From: Octopus vulgaris
Taxonomy: Eukaryota
Direction of reading: 5' to 3'
DNA: 64,000 nt
NCBI GenBank assembly: GCA_951406725.2
Contig: OX597823.1
Span: 112,096,001 to 112,160,000 of the forward strand
Part shown: positions 25,491 to 37,712 of the stretch, piece after piece
How positions within the stretch are numbered: the first letter of the stretch is position 1
Layout of the letters: each line of letters starts with the position of its first letter
The notes under the pieces: generated by a model
Seen by the model: the letters and a program-made list of their open reading frames with translations, nothing else
Databases searched by the model: none
What the model was told of the DNA's origin: nothing
Translations under genes and position numbers: made by a program

Positions 25491-27074
25491 TTAATGTAGA
25501 AGGCTTGTTCATTTGATAACTGTTCATCAGAATTGAACTCAGAAATTATGCAGTGCCAAGATAGAATTTTAATCTACATAGCTTTTCCTGCACTCTGTAA
25601 TATTTCGCTTGGAAAATAAGAGCTGAATACATTTTGATTTTCTGACTATGCTGGATCATTGCAAATAGGTAACTGAATGTTTTTATGACAATTCATGTTC
25701 AGTGCAAATGACAGCAGATAAATATTTGGAGATAGTTTATCTGTCTCTCTTTCTAATATATGTACTTCTTATTTTTCTGATTTATTTTATACCACAGACT
25801 GTGAATAATAGCCTCATTGGTTATGATTTCCTAATGAATGTCTGCTTCAGTTATGATGCTGAGAATGACAAAGGAGTGTCTGTAATCTGACGTAGAAAAT
25901 ATACTGCAAAGGAATTTATTTGAAGGAAACTGATTTTTTAGTTTTCTGGGTGATGTGTATATTCTATAATTTACCTGATTTTGAATTGTGTAAAGTATAG
26001 GGTATAATTTTCCATTGCCAAACTTCATCCAAAATTTAGAGAAGATCATTCTTATTGTCATTGTTTTAATGTCTGGTTTTTCATTTTTGCAAGAGTTGGA
26101 CGGAATTTGTTGGAGCAAATTTTTTACAGCCGGATGCCCCCTTTTTTTGTTACAAACCTTTCCCTGATTCCAGGCAAGGTAATAATATTTCCACATGGCC
26201 AGGCATTTTTTCATGAAAAATCGGGAAGGAAGGACACCACTTATATGACAGTGACACTCATTTATGACTGCCCTATCACATGATATCAAGACAAGTAACA
26301 CACACTCACACACACACATACACACACACGCACACAAATTTCAGTTTTCATTAATACAATCCACTCACAAGATTTTCATCAGGTTGTTATAGAAGACACT
26401 TGCCTAAGTTACCATACAGTGGGATTGAACCCAAAACCATGTGGTTAAGAAATTTTGTCATGTGTATGTTCCTATGATAACAACAGAAACAACAACCATA
26501 ACAACTACAGCCACCGCACCGCAAGTACAGTAACAACAGCAACAACAACAAAACAGTAATGGTAACTACATTGATATAAAACTTGTCAGACATTATAAAA
26601 TTGCAGAGCTGCTCTAACAATGTTTCAAAACCTAGGAAAATAATAAAACATGGGTAGAAAGCATGGAGTCTGTATGTAAACTGACTCAGTATGTTGCCTG
26701 TCAATGGTTTTTACCTGTATATGCATTCTCATCAGATATTACAATCATGGCACAGGAATTTTCTGCTTACACCTCATAGTTGTGTCTTATAGGGGTCATG
26801 ATGTTGTTAAGCTTCAAAATATAATTATCCTTTGATGAAGAACACAGATGGAGAATGAAAGGACACAATGTGATTCTGGATTCTCTTGCACTTGGAAAAA
26901 GACAGGATGGGCATATATAGAATGTCTTTGATAATAAATCTGTTCAATTAAAGTTGACTAGAAGCTAACAGCAACACTAATGGTGATTATTGTTTTGAAT
27001 CAATGAGGATATTTTTAAGAAGTCATTTAACTTTTGAGAAAACAGAACCAAGGTTTCTTCAAATCACAAATAGA

Positions 27075-27535
27075 TTTCTTTATTGGCCATGCAGGGCTAA
27101 ACACAGAAGGGACAAAATACAAAGTAGAGCTTTTCTTTTTGGGAAGAAGAGAAGATGGGAAAAAAGGGGGTGGCAAATTCTGATCAAAAGGGATCGTGAA
27201 AAAAAGGCGGGGATTTCGATCAAAAGGGATCGTAAAAAAAAAAAGTGGGGTCGATCAATAGGGATCGTGTATCACAGAAATGTCAATGATAAAAGGGAAA
27301 ACAGATTAGGTTTGTCCGTGGATAGAAAAACCTATGGAAAAGACCATGGGATCCTTGGGCAATAGTGTCATGCAAAACGAAAACACATTACAGTAAGGGG
27401 GTCTCTTTTCTTCTTTCGTTTTTCCCTTTTTTTCTTTTGCTTCATAGGATTATGCTCAAGCTGGCTCCGTCATTCACATGTGCCATCCTTGCTACATTCA
27501 ACCATCTTTGTTTGAAACATTCACAACAGTCTTTC
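27075..27535 (-). mobile_element. Probable LINE (L1/Tx1-like) 3' end: ORF C-terminus plus 3' UTR
   Basis: ORF end ...CFKQRWLNVARMAHVNDGASLSIIL* (stop at 27442), pyrimidine-rich UTR with three CGATCCCT.TTGATC sub-repeats, terminus TGTGTTTAGCCCTGCATGGCCAATAAAGAAAT; clade is an inference. Confidence 0.6.
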
Positions 27536-28517
27536 AAAAAGGAAGGACTCTTTGGATAATCTTGCATTAGGTATATCACGGCTGAAAATATATGATAGAC
27601 AGAACAGCCACAGTTGGAATGTAGTATATGTTTTAATAATAACAAAAATATTAATAACAACAGCAACACTAACTGAAACATCATCATCAGAAGCAGCTAT
27701 ATCAATGATAACAAGATTGATTTGAAGCAATGAGGGATTTTCAAGGTGCTTGCTGCTTATAGAAAGAGTATCTAAACCTCCCTAAAGTCACATGTGGCTA
27801 GTTTAAAAATAAGAACGATTATGTAGCCATAGATACATGATGTTTGGAAAGTAAAACAGAAGGTGCCGACTGGAATGTGTTTGATTATAGGTCTACTCCG
27901 TTGAGGTTGAACCAGAGAATGACGGCAACAACAGCAATAACAACAACAGCAACAACAATGATAGCAATGACTTACAATTATTATTTTGCCAAGTGAAAAT
28001 AAATCAATATATACAAATATATTCTTTGAACATTCCAAACTTAATAGGAAATTAAAACAGAAGGAAATCTTTAAGACAGCACCAGAACAACATCTTTAGC
28101 TAATCTGATTATTTCAATTAAATTAGAATGACAAGTCTAAATGGTACTGGTGATGCCATCTTTATTGCTGTCTCTCAAGGATTTACCATTGAACTAAACC
28201 AGTTTTTTTGAAATTTTCTTTTATTTATTTATTTATTTATTTATTTTTTTTATAATAATTAGCATTGCTGCATTATTGATGACTGCCGTTTTATGTTTGT
28301 CTGTAGTTCGGTTTCTTTTTCTTTATCATATTCACTTGTGCCTCATTCCTGAATATAACATCAGTTAATTGTCTCCAAACATTCTTTTAACTGTCATCAG
28401 AACCTACCTACCTACAGGTGAAAAAAACATGAGAATACAGATCCTAGATTTTTTGGGGGGTTTTTTTATGAATTAAGAAGAAACTGTTTTCAGAGAGTAG
28501 TATCAGGTATTGATATA

Positions 28518-29020
28518 TCATCATCATCATCATCATCATTATCATCATCGTTTAACGTCCACTTTCTATGCTAGCATGGGTTGGACGATTTTGACTAAGG
28601 GTTGGCGAACCAGATGGCTGCACTAGACTCCAATCTGATCTGGCAGAGTTTCTACAGCTGGATGCCCTTCCTAACATCAACCACTCTGAGAGTGTAGTGG
28701 GTGCTTTTCACGTGCCAGCAGCACGGGGGCCAGTCAGGCGGTACTGGCAATGACCTCACTCAAATCTTTTTGCACATGCCACCGGCACAGGTGCCAGTAA
28801 GGCGATGCTGGTAACGATCACGCTCGAATGGTGCCCTTTTACGTGCCACCGGCACAGAAGCCAGTTAGCTGTTCTAGCAACAATCATGCTCGGAAGGTGC
28901 TCTTGGCACCCTACTAGCACGGGCACAAGTGCCAGTAAGGCGACGCTGGTAACGATCATACTCGAATGGTGCCCTTTTATGTGCCACTGGCATGGAAGCC
29001 AGTTAGCCGCTCTGTCAACA
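28518..29020 (-). mobile_element. RTE-type LINE 3' end
   Basis: (ATC)n plus family 3' UTR with several sub-repeats. Confidence 0.87.
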
Positions 29021-29291
29021 ATATGTTTAAGAAATTTTCTTCCCAATCACTTGGATGCCGGGTTCACTTCTGGTGCACAGCAACTTCAGCAAATAAATGT
29101 CTTCTTCAAAACTACAAGACATGGATCAACTCAAATTTTATGGAGGAAATTTGGTAAATAGAAACATGGGGGAATCTCATTCAATCATTTGTTTCTATTC
29201 TTGGGTGGAAGACTTAAAATGTCGTTCAGTTTAACATCATCACCAAGCCATCCTTGGATACTTTCAGAGCTGCTCACTCTGTTACCAGTAT

Positions 29292-29852
29292 TTAATCCTT
29301 TAGCATTCAATTTATTTCATTAAGAGTTTGTTGTTGTTGTTGTTCGTTCCTTCTCGAGCCATGCCTGGCTCATAAAGGCCAGTTTCCCGGTTTTCTTGGC
29401 ATATAAGTTCCCCACCTGGACGGGACACCGGTCTGTCACAGGTGAGCTGCAAGATGCAGGTGGAAAGAGTGGGAGAAAGTTGTGGCGAAAGAATCAGCAG
29501 AAATTCACCATTACCTTCTGTCAGAGCCACGTGGAGTTTAGGTGTCTTGCACATAAACACACACATTGCCCGGTCTGAGATTCGAACCCATGATCCCTCG
29601 ACCGCAAGTCTGCTGCTCTAACCACTAGGCCATGTGCTTCCACTTCATTAAGAGTAAAGCTTATTTATTCACATTGTTTTGAATAAATTATGCATTATCT
29701 TATCTTGTAGCTTTGAGATTTTAATTAGGTAATGTTTAATTTTCAGAATAATATTGTTGAGTTGTTGTAAGGGGCCCAATCTGGCCAGTTTGAATATAAA
29801 AGGAATAAAATACTTTGGCCGGATATGGTCAGTTTCAATACTAAAGGGTTAA
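29292..29852. mobile_element. piggyBac-type MITE family A interrupted by a SINE
   Basis: TTAATCCTTTAGCATT ... AATACTAAAGGGTTAA. Confidence 0.82.
29328..29643 (-). mobile_element. tRNA-derived SINE with (AAC)n tail and 12-bp TSD
   Basis: Minus strand TGGCCTAGTGG A-box, GGTTCGAATCTC B-box; TSD TTCATTAAGAGT at 29316-29327 and 29644-29655. Confidence 0.92.
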
Positions 29853-30122
29853 ACCAGTTCTCTAGTCTGCGGATATTGACATCTTCCCTCTCCCATCATC
29901 CAGTAGTATTTCAGATCCTGTAATGAGTAAAGGTTATTAGCATTGATGAAAGATCAGAGGGGATTTTTTCTTGTTTTAACAAACGACTTTTAAAACATTT
30001 TCTTTCCTAAATGAATAACCGATTATAGGAATTTCAACTGAGATGGAAAATACTGCATTTTTAAAATGCAAAACTTTTGCATCTTCAAGTCTGTGATTTT
30101 GAGACAATGGCTGGCATCATGT

Positions 30123-30351
30123 TTAACTCTTTAACATTCAGATTTCTTTGTCAAATGTAACGCTTATTTATTCACCTTGTTTTGAATTAATGATGCATGA
30201 TCTTGTAGCTTTGAGATTTCAATGAACTGACTGTCTATATTCAGAATAATATTGTTGGGGAAGTGCGAGAGGCCAGATCCGGTCAGTTTGAAGTTAAAAC
30301 AGGGCTGAATATTTCGGCCAGATGTGGCTGGTTTAAATGCTAAAGGATTAA
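30123..30351. mobile_element. piggyBac-type MITE family A
   Basis: TTAACTCTTTAACATT ... AATGCTAAAGGATTAA. Confidence 0.8.
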
Positions 30352-30491
30352 GTTAGATGTAAAGTAAAACTTATGGGGTCCAAAAACAGGAAGTGAACTT
30401 AGCAGTGTAACCCACAAAGCAATCACAAAAGAAACATATCCTAGGGTTTATTAAAGGACTTTTAGATTTGTAATTCAAGAACTAAAGAGTA

Positions 30492-30896
30492 CTCTCTTTT
30501 ACTCTTTTACTTGTTTCAGTCATTTGACTGCGGCCATGCTGGAGCACTGCCTGTAGTTGAGCAAATCGACTCCAGTACTTATTCTTTGTAAGCCTAGTAC
30601 TTATTCTATCAGTCTCTTTTGCCAAACCACTAAGTTACGGGGACATAAACATACCACCATTGGTTGTCAAGCGATGTTGTGGGGACAAACACAGACACAC
30701 AAACACATACACACATATATATACATATACACATATACGACGGGCTTCTTTTCAGTTTCTGTCAGCCAAATCTTCTCACAAAGCTTTGGTCATTTTGAGG
30801 CTATAGTAGAAGACATTTGCCCAAGGTGCCACACAGTGGGACTGAACCCAGAACCATGTGATTGGTAAGCAAGCTACTTACCACACAGCCACTCTT
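30492..30896 (-). mobile_element. tRNA/CORE-like SINE
   Basis: Same family as 11714-12161. Confidence 0.9.
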
Positions 30897-31594
30897 GCAG
30901 AAGAAGATTTACGGCAGGTATGACTTTTGTTAATATGGTTTGTGGTGATGGCATTGAAGGTGATGTACCAGCAAAATAGGAAGTGTAGTAGTAGTAGTAG
31001 TAGTAGTGGTAGTAGTAGTACTAGTTGTTGTTGTTGTTGTGGTGCCGTTTTGAGAGATGGTATAGACAGTAGTACTAATGGTGGTAATGTAATAGTGACT
31101 TTGATAATAACTAATAACTTCAGCAGTAGTAATGGTAGCTGTGATCCCGACATAGATGTTGTTGTTGTTGCTTAGCTCTTCTCCAACAGAAATGTGATCA
31201 AACGGCATTCCACCCATGACCATCCCATCTGTTTAACACAGAAAGAGGGAACCCAACATCAAATTATATAATATTTCCTTTTTATAAAATGTTAGGATGC
31301 GATCTGAGGGAAATCAGGCAATTATTTCTAGCTGGCTTAGCGACCACAAACAACCCACCCTCTTACAGACACACACACATACACCAACAATGATGAGTGA
31401 TGGTCATGTACTTCCACTGCACACACAGATGCAGTTTGTGTGGTGGGGGTGCTTGGTTCAATCCCACCTTGACTCCCGTACACAATGTAAATATGACCGG
31501 CAGAAATTCCTAGGCTCTGACTAAGCCAACAGCACTTCTTCATCCACTGCAGCCATAATATCGTAGGGTGGGGCTGATAGGGAAGAATATGGGT

Positions 31595-32200
31595 AGTGGT
31601 GGTGGTGGTGGTGGTGGTGGTGGTGGTGGTGTGGTGGTGGTGGTGGTACTGGTGGTGGCATAGCTGGCTTATGGCTAGAAGTTGTAGTGGTGATGGTAGT
31701 GCTGCTGGTAGCAGGGTGACGGAGTGGTAGTGGTGGTAGTAGTATTGGTGGTGATGGTGGTGGTGGTAGTGGTGGTAGTAGTGGTAGTGGTAGTGGTAGT
31801 GGTAGTATTGGTGGTGGTAGTGGTGGTGGTGGTGGCATGGCTGGCTTATGGCTAGTAGTGGTAGTGGTGATGGTAGTGCTGCTGGTAGCAGGGTGACGGA
31901 GTGGTAGTGGTGGTAGTAGTATTGGTGGTGGTGGTAGTGGTGGTAGTGGTAGTATTGGTGGTGGTGGTGGTAGTGGTAGTATTGGTGGTAGTGGTGGTAG
32001 TGGTAGTATTGGTGGTGGTGGTGGTAGTGGTAGTATTGGTGGTGGTGGTGGTGGTGGAGATGGTGAAAGCGCAGCGATGATAGTGATGATAAGGGCTGGG
32101 TGGCATATGGTCATTGTTGCTGTTGATGTTGTTGTTGGTGGTGATGGCAGTGGTGGTAGTGGTGGTGGTGGTGGTGGTGGTGGTGGTGGTGGTGGTGAGA
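31595..32200. repeat. (GGT/AGT)n tract with a ~180-bp internal tandem duplication
   Basis: GCTGGCTTATGGCTAG...GCAGGGTGACGGAG occurs at ~31662 and ~31840. Confidence 0.9.
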
Positions 32201-32788
32201 TAGCAGTTTTATATTGAAATTGTCTTGTTTTCTTGGACTTATCGGTTAAAATCCACCATCATCATCACTAGCATCATCACCACCATTACTAACATCCCTC
32301 TCGCCCTTGTCTTCACCATCACCATCAATAACAGCATGATGACCATCACCACCACCACTACAACCACAACCATCACTATTACCCCCTCATCATCAGTACA
32401 ACCAATCTGACCCATACCACTACCATTACTTCCACGAACCCCACCACCACTACTAATACCTTCACCACCATCACCATCATCGCTACTACCACCAACACTG
32501 TAATCATCATCATTGCAACAACCTCTACCATAAACAGCAATTCCACCCATCACCCATACAGGGAAATTATTCTGTACTAGTCATGAACATCACAATGGTT
32601 GTTTGACTAACCAAGGGAAAAACCATAGACTTCAGTTCATCACTCTCCTTGCAAGAAGTAGCAGCTAGGTCTCTGTAGATCTTCTTTAAATCATGCCCCA
32701 TTGTCTTAGAAAACAGACACACTAGAAAACATGGGTTTGGATTACTTGCCCATATATATATATATATTATATATATATAAATTATATA

Positions 32789-32994
32789 CTTTATTTAAAG
32801 CAGCAGAAAATTCAACAAAACCTGTTACTCTGAGTTTCCCGTTGCAAAAACTGTCCGATGAACGGCAACGGGAAACTAAGAGTAACAGGTTTTGTTGAAT
32901 TTTCTGCTGCTTTAAATAAAGCATATTACTCTACCACTGGTATTTGAGTACTCTTTTTTCCACCTTGTTTCACATTTATGTGTTTACTCCGGTA
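32789..32994 (+). mobile_element. Fold-back mini-element with C4-variant hammerhead (32851-32888)
   Basis: CTGT-CCGATGA-ACG(GCAA)CGG-GAAAC-TAAGA-GTA-ACAG; inverted partial copy at 32789-32845; near-identical to 35235-35472; TA-rich flanks. Confidence 0.75.
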
Positions 32995-33004
32995 TATAAA
33001 TTAT

Positions 33005-33125
33005 ATATAAATACAGTGTACATTTAAACACATAAGAGGCATCCATCATAGGACTCCTTTCTCTATCGTAAGGGAGACCTATGATGGCTACCTCTTATGT
33101 GTTTAAATGTACACTGTATTTATAT
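33005..33125. repeat. Near-perfect ~55-bp-arm inverted repeat
   Basis: ATACAGTGTACATTTAAACACATAAGAGG...CCATCATAGG pairs with CCTATGATGG...CCTCTTATGTGTTTAAATGTACACTGTAT. Confidence 0.92.
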
Positions 33126-33399
33126 GAATGATATATAGTCTATTGACTAAATTTTTACACACTAGGCCACTGGTAATGGAAATTTATAATATTTCTGATT
33201 ACCCTTTGATATTATTAATTATATATATAAATATATATATATGTATGTATGTATACACACATACACATATTTATATATAGATGTATATATGTATATATGT
33301 ATATATATATGTTTACATATATATATATATATAACATGTGAGTTGTTGGTGGTTTTCTTCCTCAGGCTTCCTTTTCTCTTGGAATTTCCTCTCTTTCCT

Positions 33400-33434
33400 G
33401 TGTCTGAAGAAGAGCTTTGCTTGAAACATAAAAC
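33400..33434 (+). ncRNA. Minimal type I hammerhead (CpG-decayed) in a (TA)n-flanked element (33332-33540)
   Basis: GTGT-CTGAAGA-A-GAGC(TTT)GCTT-GAAAC-ATA-AAAC; comparison with the 20.75 kb homologue restores GCTC-GAAACGTA. Confidence 0.65.
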
Positions 33435-33569
33435 TAACTTTCCCTGAGTGTCTTTTAATACTTTGCATATAACACGTGCTCGCGTTGCTGTTTTTACTTC
33501 TTGTGTTTTTCTTCCTTTTTTTGGTGGTGGGGGGGATTTTATATACATATATATATATATTCTTTCTTT

Positions 33570-33809
33570 TTCTTTATTCTTTTACTTGTTTCAGTCATTT
33601 GACTGTGGCCATGCTGGAGCACCATATACAGTCGAGCAAATCGAACCCAGGACTTATTCTTTGTAAGCATAGTACTTATTCTATTTGTCTCTCTAGCCGA
33701 ACTGCTAAGTGACGGGGATGTGAACACCCCAGTATCGGTTGTCAAGAGATGTTGGGGGGACAAACACAGACACACAAACATATAAACACACATACACACA
33801 AACAAACAA

Positions 33810-33842
<33 letters not shown>

Positions 33843-33948
33843 ATAATAATATTAGGGAGTAAATCCAAACTTACAGGGAAAAATTAGATTTAGAATTAAA
33901 TCCTAAATCTAATTTGATTTGCCTAATAGTGGTTTTATCTCTAATTTA

Positions 33949-33989
<41 letters not shown>

Positions 33990-34155
33990 TACGACGGGCT
34001 TCTTTCAGTTTCTGTTTACCAAATCCACTGAAAAGGCTTTGGTCAGCCTGAGGCTATAGTAGAAGACATTTGCCCAAGTTGCCACGCAGTGGGACTGAAC
34101 CTGGAACCATGTGGTTCGTAATCAAGCTACTTACCACACAGCCACTCCTATGCCT
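33570..34155 (-). mobile_element. tRNA/CORE-like SINE with an insertion in its central microsatellite
   Basis: Halves at ~33570-33830 and ~33985-34155. Confidence 0.82.
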
Positions 34156-34172
34156 ATATATATGTGTATACA

Positions 34173-34204
<32 letters not shown>

Positions 34205-34262
34205 AATACACACACACAAACACATATGCATATGTGCATGTATACATACATACAGACATGCA

Positions 34263-34295
<33 letters not shown>

Positions 34296-34320
34296 GCATG
34301 TGTGTACGTAGATTAGTTTT

Positions 34321-34386
34321 TGGGGTGAAGTCGGTGTAATCGAGGAGAATTTCATTGGCTTACACCACCGACTTTGCATTTTCCCA
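34321..34386 (+). ncRNA. Candidate pre-miRNA-like hairpin
   Basis: GTGAAGTCGGTG pairs with CACCGACTTTGC (12 bp including G-U); GTGTAA/TTACAC and TCGA/TTGG can extend the stem; single copy in this window. Confidence 0.3.
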
Positions 34387-34939
34387 TGGGTTTCGCAGAG
34401 CCACAAACAATAACCATTGCAACATTAACAGCAGTAATAAGAACAAAAACAACAGCACTGGCAATAACAACAAGAACAACAATAGCAGCAATGATACCTT
34501 TCAGTATTCTGTCGATAATATAGCAATTATCTGCTTGCAAAATATATTAATATATTGAATTTGAGTTATAAAAATTACCATGTGAATTACGAAGTGTCTG
34601 TTTTATTCATCAAGAGAAATCTAAAGGAACAGAATACCTGAATTTCTCCAAGAAATAAATAAAGTACAATGGAATTTTATAAACGAAATTCTATTAGTTT
34701 CCTAAGCAACAAGAAAACTGGTGATGTTATTTCTTAGAAATCCTACAACCTGACGACCACAATAGCAGAAAAGCGTAACTAATTCTTAATCTTGTTATTA
34801 CAGGTCCCACCTGGAAATAAAGGAGGAAGTGTGTTTACAAAGAAATGCGGAAGGCGATATACTATATATCTGACCAACACGTATGGCTGTCTTGCAAAAC
34901 AGCCATCCATATCTATTTGTGGGAGTATGTGAGTGAGTA

Positions 34940-34976
<37 letters not shown>

Positions 34977-35193
34977 ATCTATGTGTGTAATTTCCTTTTC
35001 TTCCTCTTTTTGCAAATAGACTAGCCAACAAACTTCAGACTCCATCTATATATATATATGTACATACAAGGACATATATATGCATATGTAACACACACAC
35101 ACACATACACATCTATAAATCAATGAAGCTATCTAAATGCATGTGTGTGGATATATTCATATGTGCATACATATATACATATGTGAGTGTGTG

Positions 35194-35234
<41 letters not shown>

Positions 35235-35235
<1 letters not shown>

Positions 35236-35470
35236 TTTATTTAAAGCTGCAGAAAATTCAACAAAACCTGTTACTCTGAGTTTCATGTTCCCGTTCGTCG
35301 GACAGTTTTTGCTAGCAAAAACTGTCCGATGAATGGGAACGTGAAACTCAGTAACAGGTTTTGTTGAATTTGTTGAATTTTCTGCTACTTTAAATAAAGC
35401 ATATTACTCTACCACTGGTATTTGAGTACTCTTTTTTCCACCTTGTTTCACATTTATGTGTTTACTCCGG

Positions 35471-35472
<2 letters not shown>
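35235..35472. mobile_element. Palindromic mini-element with a hammerhead on each strand (minus 35268-35305; plus 35322-35357)
   Basis: Dyad centre TTTTTGCT|AGCAAAAA; CTGT-CCGA(C/T)GA-A(C/T)G(GGAA)C(A/G)T-GAAAC-TCA(GA)-GTA-ACAG; embedded in (TA)n. Confidence 0.8.
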
Positions 35473-35522
<50 letters not shown>

Positions 35523-35769
35523 ATACATCTCTCTCTCTCTCTCACTATATATATATATTTCTTTTATTTGTTTTAGTTATTTGACTGTGGTCATACTGGA
35601 GCACCACCTTCAGTCGATCAAATAAACCCCAGGACTTATTCTTTGTAAGCCTAGTACTTATTCTATTGTGGTGGTACAAATACAGACACACAAACATACA
35701 CATGCATATATATATATACACACACATATAAATACCTATATATTATATTTTTCATAAACACACATATAT

Positions 35770-35993
35770 ATTTCTTTATTGCCCACTAGGGGCTAAACAT
35801 AGAAGGGACAAATAAGGACAGACAAAGGGATTAAGTCGATTACATCGACCCCAGTGCGTAACTGGTACTTAATTTATCGACTCCGAAAGGATGAAAGGCA
35901 AAGTCGACCTCGGTGGAATTTGAACTCAGAACGTAGTGGCAGATGAAATACCGCTAAGCATTTCGCCCAGCGCGCTAACGTTTCTGCCAGCTC
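35770..35993 (-). mobile_element. Meta-like SINE (young copy)
   Basis: Same family as 6283 and 19633. Confidence 0.88.
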
Positions 35994-36209
35994 CCACATA
36001 TACACACATATATACTTGCACATCAGCTGCTTTCCAGTTTATCCATCTTCATAAATAATAAACTATTTTTGACAAAGCATAGTGCCACTTCTTGGGAGAA
36101 AATGAAAGAAGATCTGATGGTAGTCACTCAGAGTGTTACTCATATATTTTGGTAAGACTAAGCTTCTAACAGCACCAACAAGAATAACACTAATTATCCA
36201 TTTTACAAG

Positions 36210-36615
36210 AAGCATGAGGCCTGAATTTTAAGCATCAGGGATCTGATCAATTACATCAACTCCGATGCTGAACTAGCATTTACTTTATTGGCCCTAAAAG
36301 GATGAAAATCAAAGTCAGACTTAGCAGCATTTGAACTCAGAACATAAAGATGACCAATGTGCTATTCGACATGCTAACAATTCTGCCAGCTCATCATCTT
36401 AATAATAATAAAAAGAAGAAAGCACGAGGCCTGAAATTTGGATGGGGAGGAGTAAAATTGATTGCATCGACCCCAGTACTCAGCTGGTATTTAATTTATC
36501 GATTTCCAAATGATGAAAGGCAAAGCCAACCTTGGAGGGATGTAAACTCAAAACATAAAGATGGGTGAAATGCTCCTGAGCATTTTACTCAGCATGCTAA
36601 CGATTCTGCCGGCTC
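36210..36615 (-). mobile_element. Two tandem older Meta-like SINE copies
   Basis: Each has GATGAAA..CAAAG.CA.C.T.G..G.AT.T.AACTCA.AACATAAAGATG. Confidence 0.7.
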
Positions 36616-36624
36616 ATTACCTTA

Positions 36625-36838
36625 AATAATAATAATAATAGTAGTAATAATAATAATAATAGTAGTAATAATAATAATAATAATAGTAATAATAATAATA
36701 ATGATAATAATAATAATAGTAGTAGTAGTAATAATAAAAATAACAATAAGAAGAAGAACAATAACAACAACAATAAGAAGAAGAACAATAACAACAACAA
36801 CAATAATAATGATAATAATAATAATAATAACAATAACT
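36625..36838. repeat. (AAT/AAC/AAG)n compound microsatellite
   Basis: Direct reading. Confidence 0.94.
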
Positions 36839-37106
36839 GGTACATCACACGTATTGAGAAGAGCATTGTCGATGTGAGAACTATTACTACCCATGTATTT
36901 TAATTTAACTTTATTTCTACCAAAAAAAAAAAAAAAATGAATGAACTAGTGAGTTTAATTTAATGGCCTACCAATGTATACTATGAGTTTCTTTGTCCTA
37001 GGAGTCGGGAAGACACTCGGCAAGAAATGGAAGCTAATTTGAAAGAAGAAAAACCCATAAATAATAATAATAATAATAATAATAATAAGGATAATGATGA
37101 TGATGA

Positions 37107-37305
37107 TTTCAAATTTTTGCCACAAGGGCAGCTTGGAGGAGGGGATTAAGCTACTTACACTGATCCCCAGCATGTTACTGGTGCTTATTTGATCGACCCC
37201 AAAAGGCAAAGTCAACCTCTGTGGAATTTGAACACATAGCGACAGGCAAAATACTGCTCAGCAGTTTGCCCATCATGCTAACAATTCTACCAGCTTGCTG
37301 CCTTA
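37107..37305 (-). mobile_element. Older Meta-like SINE copy
   Basis: GATCGACCCCAAAAGGCAAAGTCAACCTCTGTGGAATTTGAAC. Confidence 0.72.
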
Positions 37306-37712
37306 AATGATGATGATGATGATGATGATAACAACTTATTACATACATAGGCCCTTCAATTTTGAGAAAGAGAGCAGACAGTTGATTTTAGTAACCCAGT
37401 ACAAGATGAGTGTTGCTTTTACGGGTCTTGAAAGAATGAAACACAAATTAACTCCCTTCAAGGTTTGAATTCAGAATATAAAGTGCTATGACTAAACACT
37501 GCAAAGCATCTTATCCAACACACCACCACAACTACCTTATCAATGCTTTGGATCTTTATTATTATATTATAAGCATTACTGCAATCCACTCAGGATCCAT
37601 CAAATAATGATCAAATATCTTAACCAGCCAACCATTTTGTATTGATCTTGCTTTATGGAAGACGTGCCTCACATCATGATTGTAACATTTTTATGTATAT
37701 GCTTTCTTTCAG

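Noticed and set aside
27410-27570. Strong-looking plus-strand splice acceptor followed by a 40-codon frame
   Set aside because: Better explained as the antisense of the LINE ORF end and purine-rich UTR start
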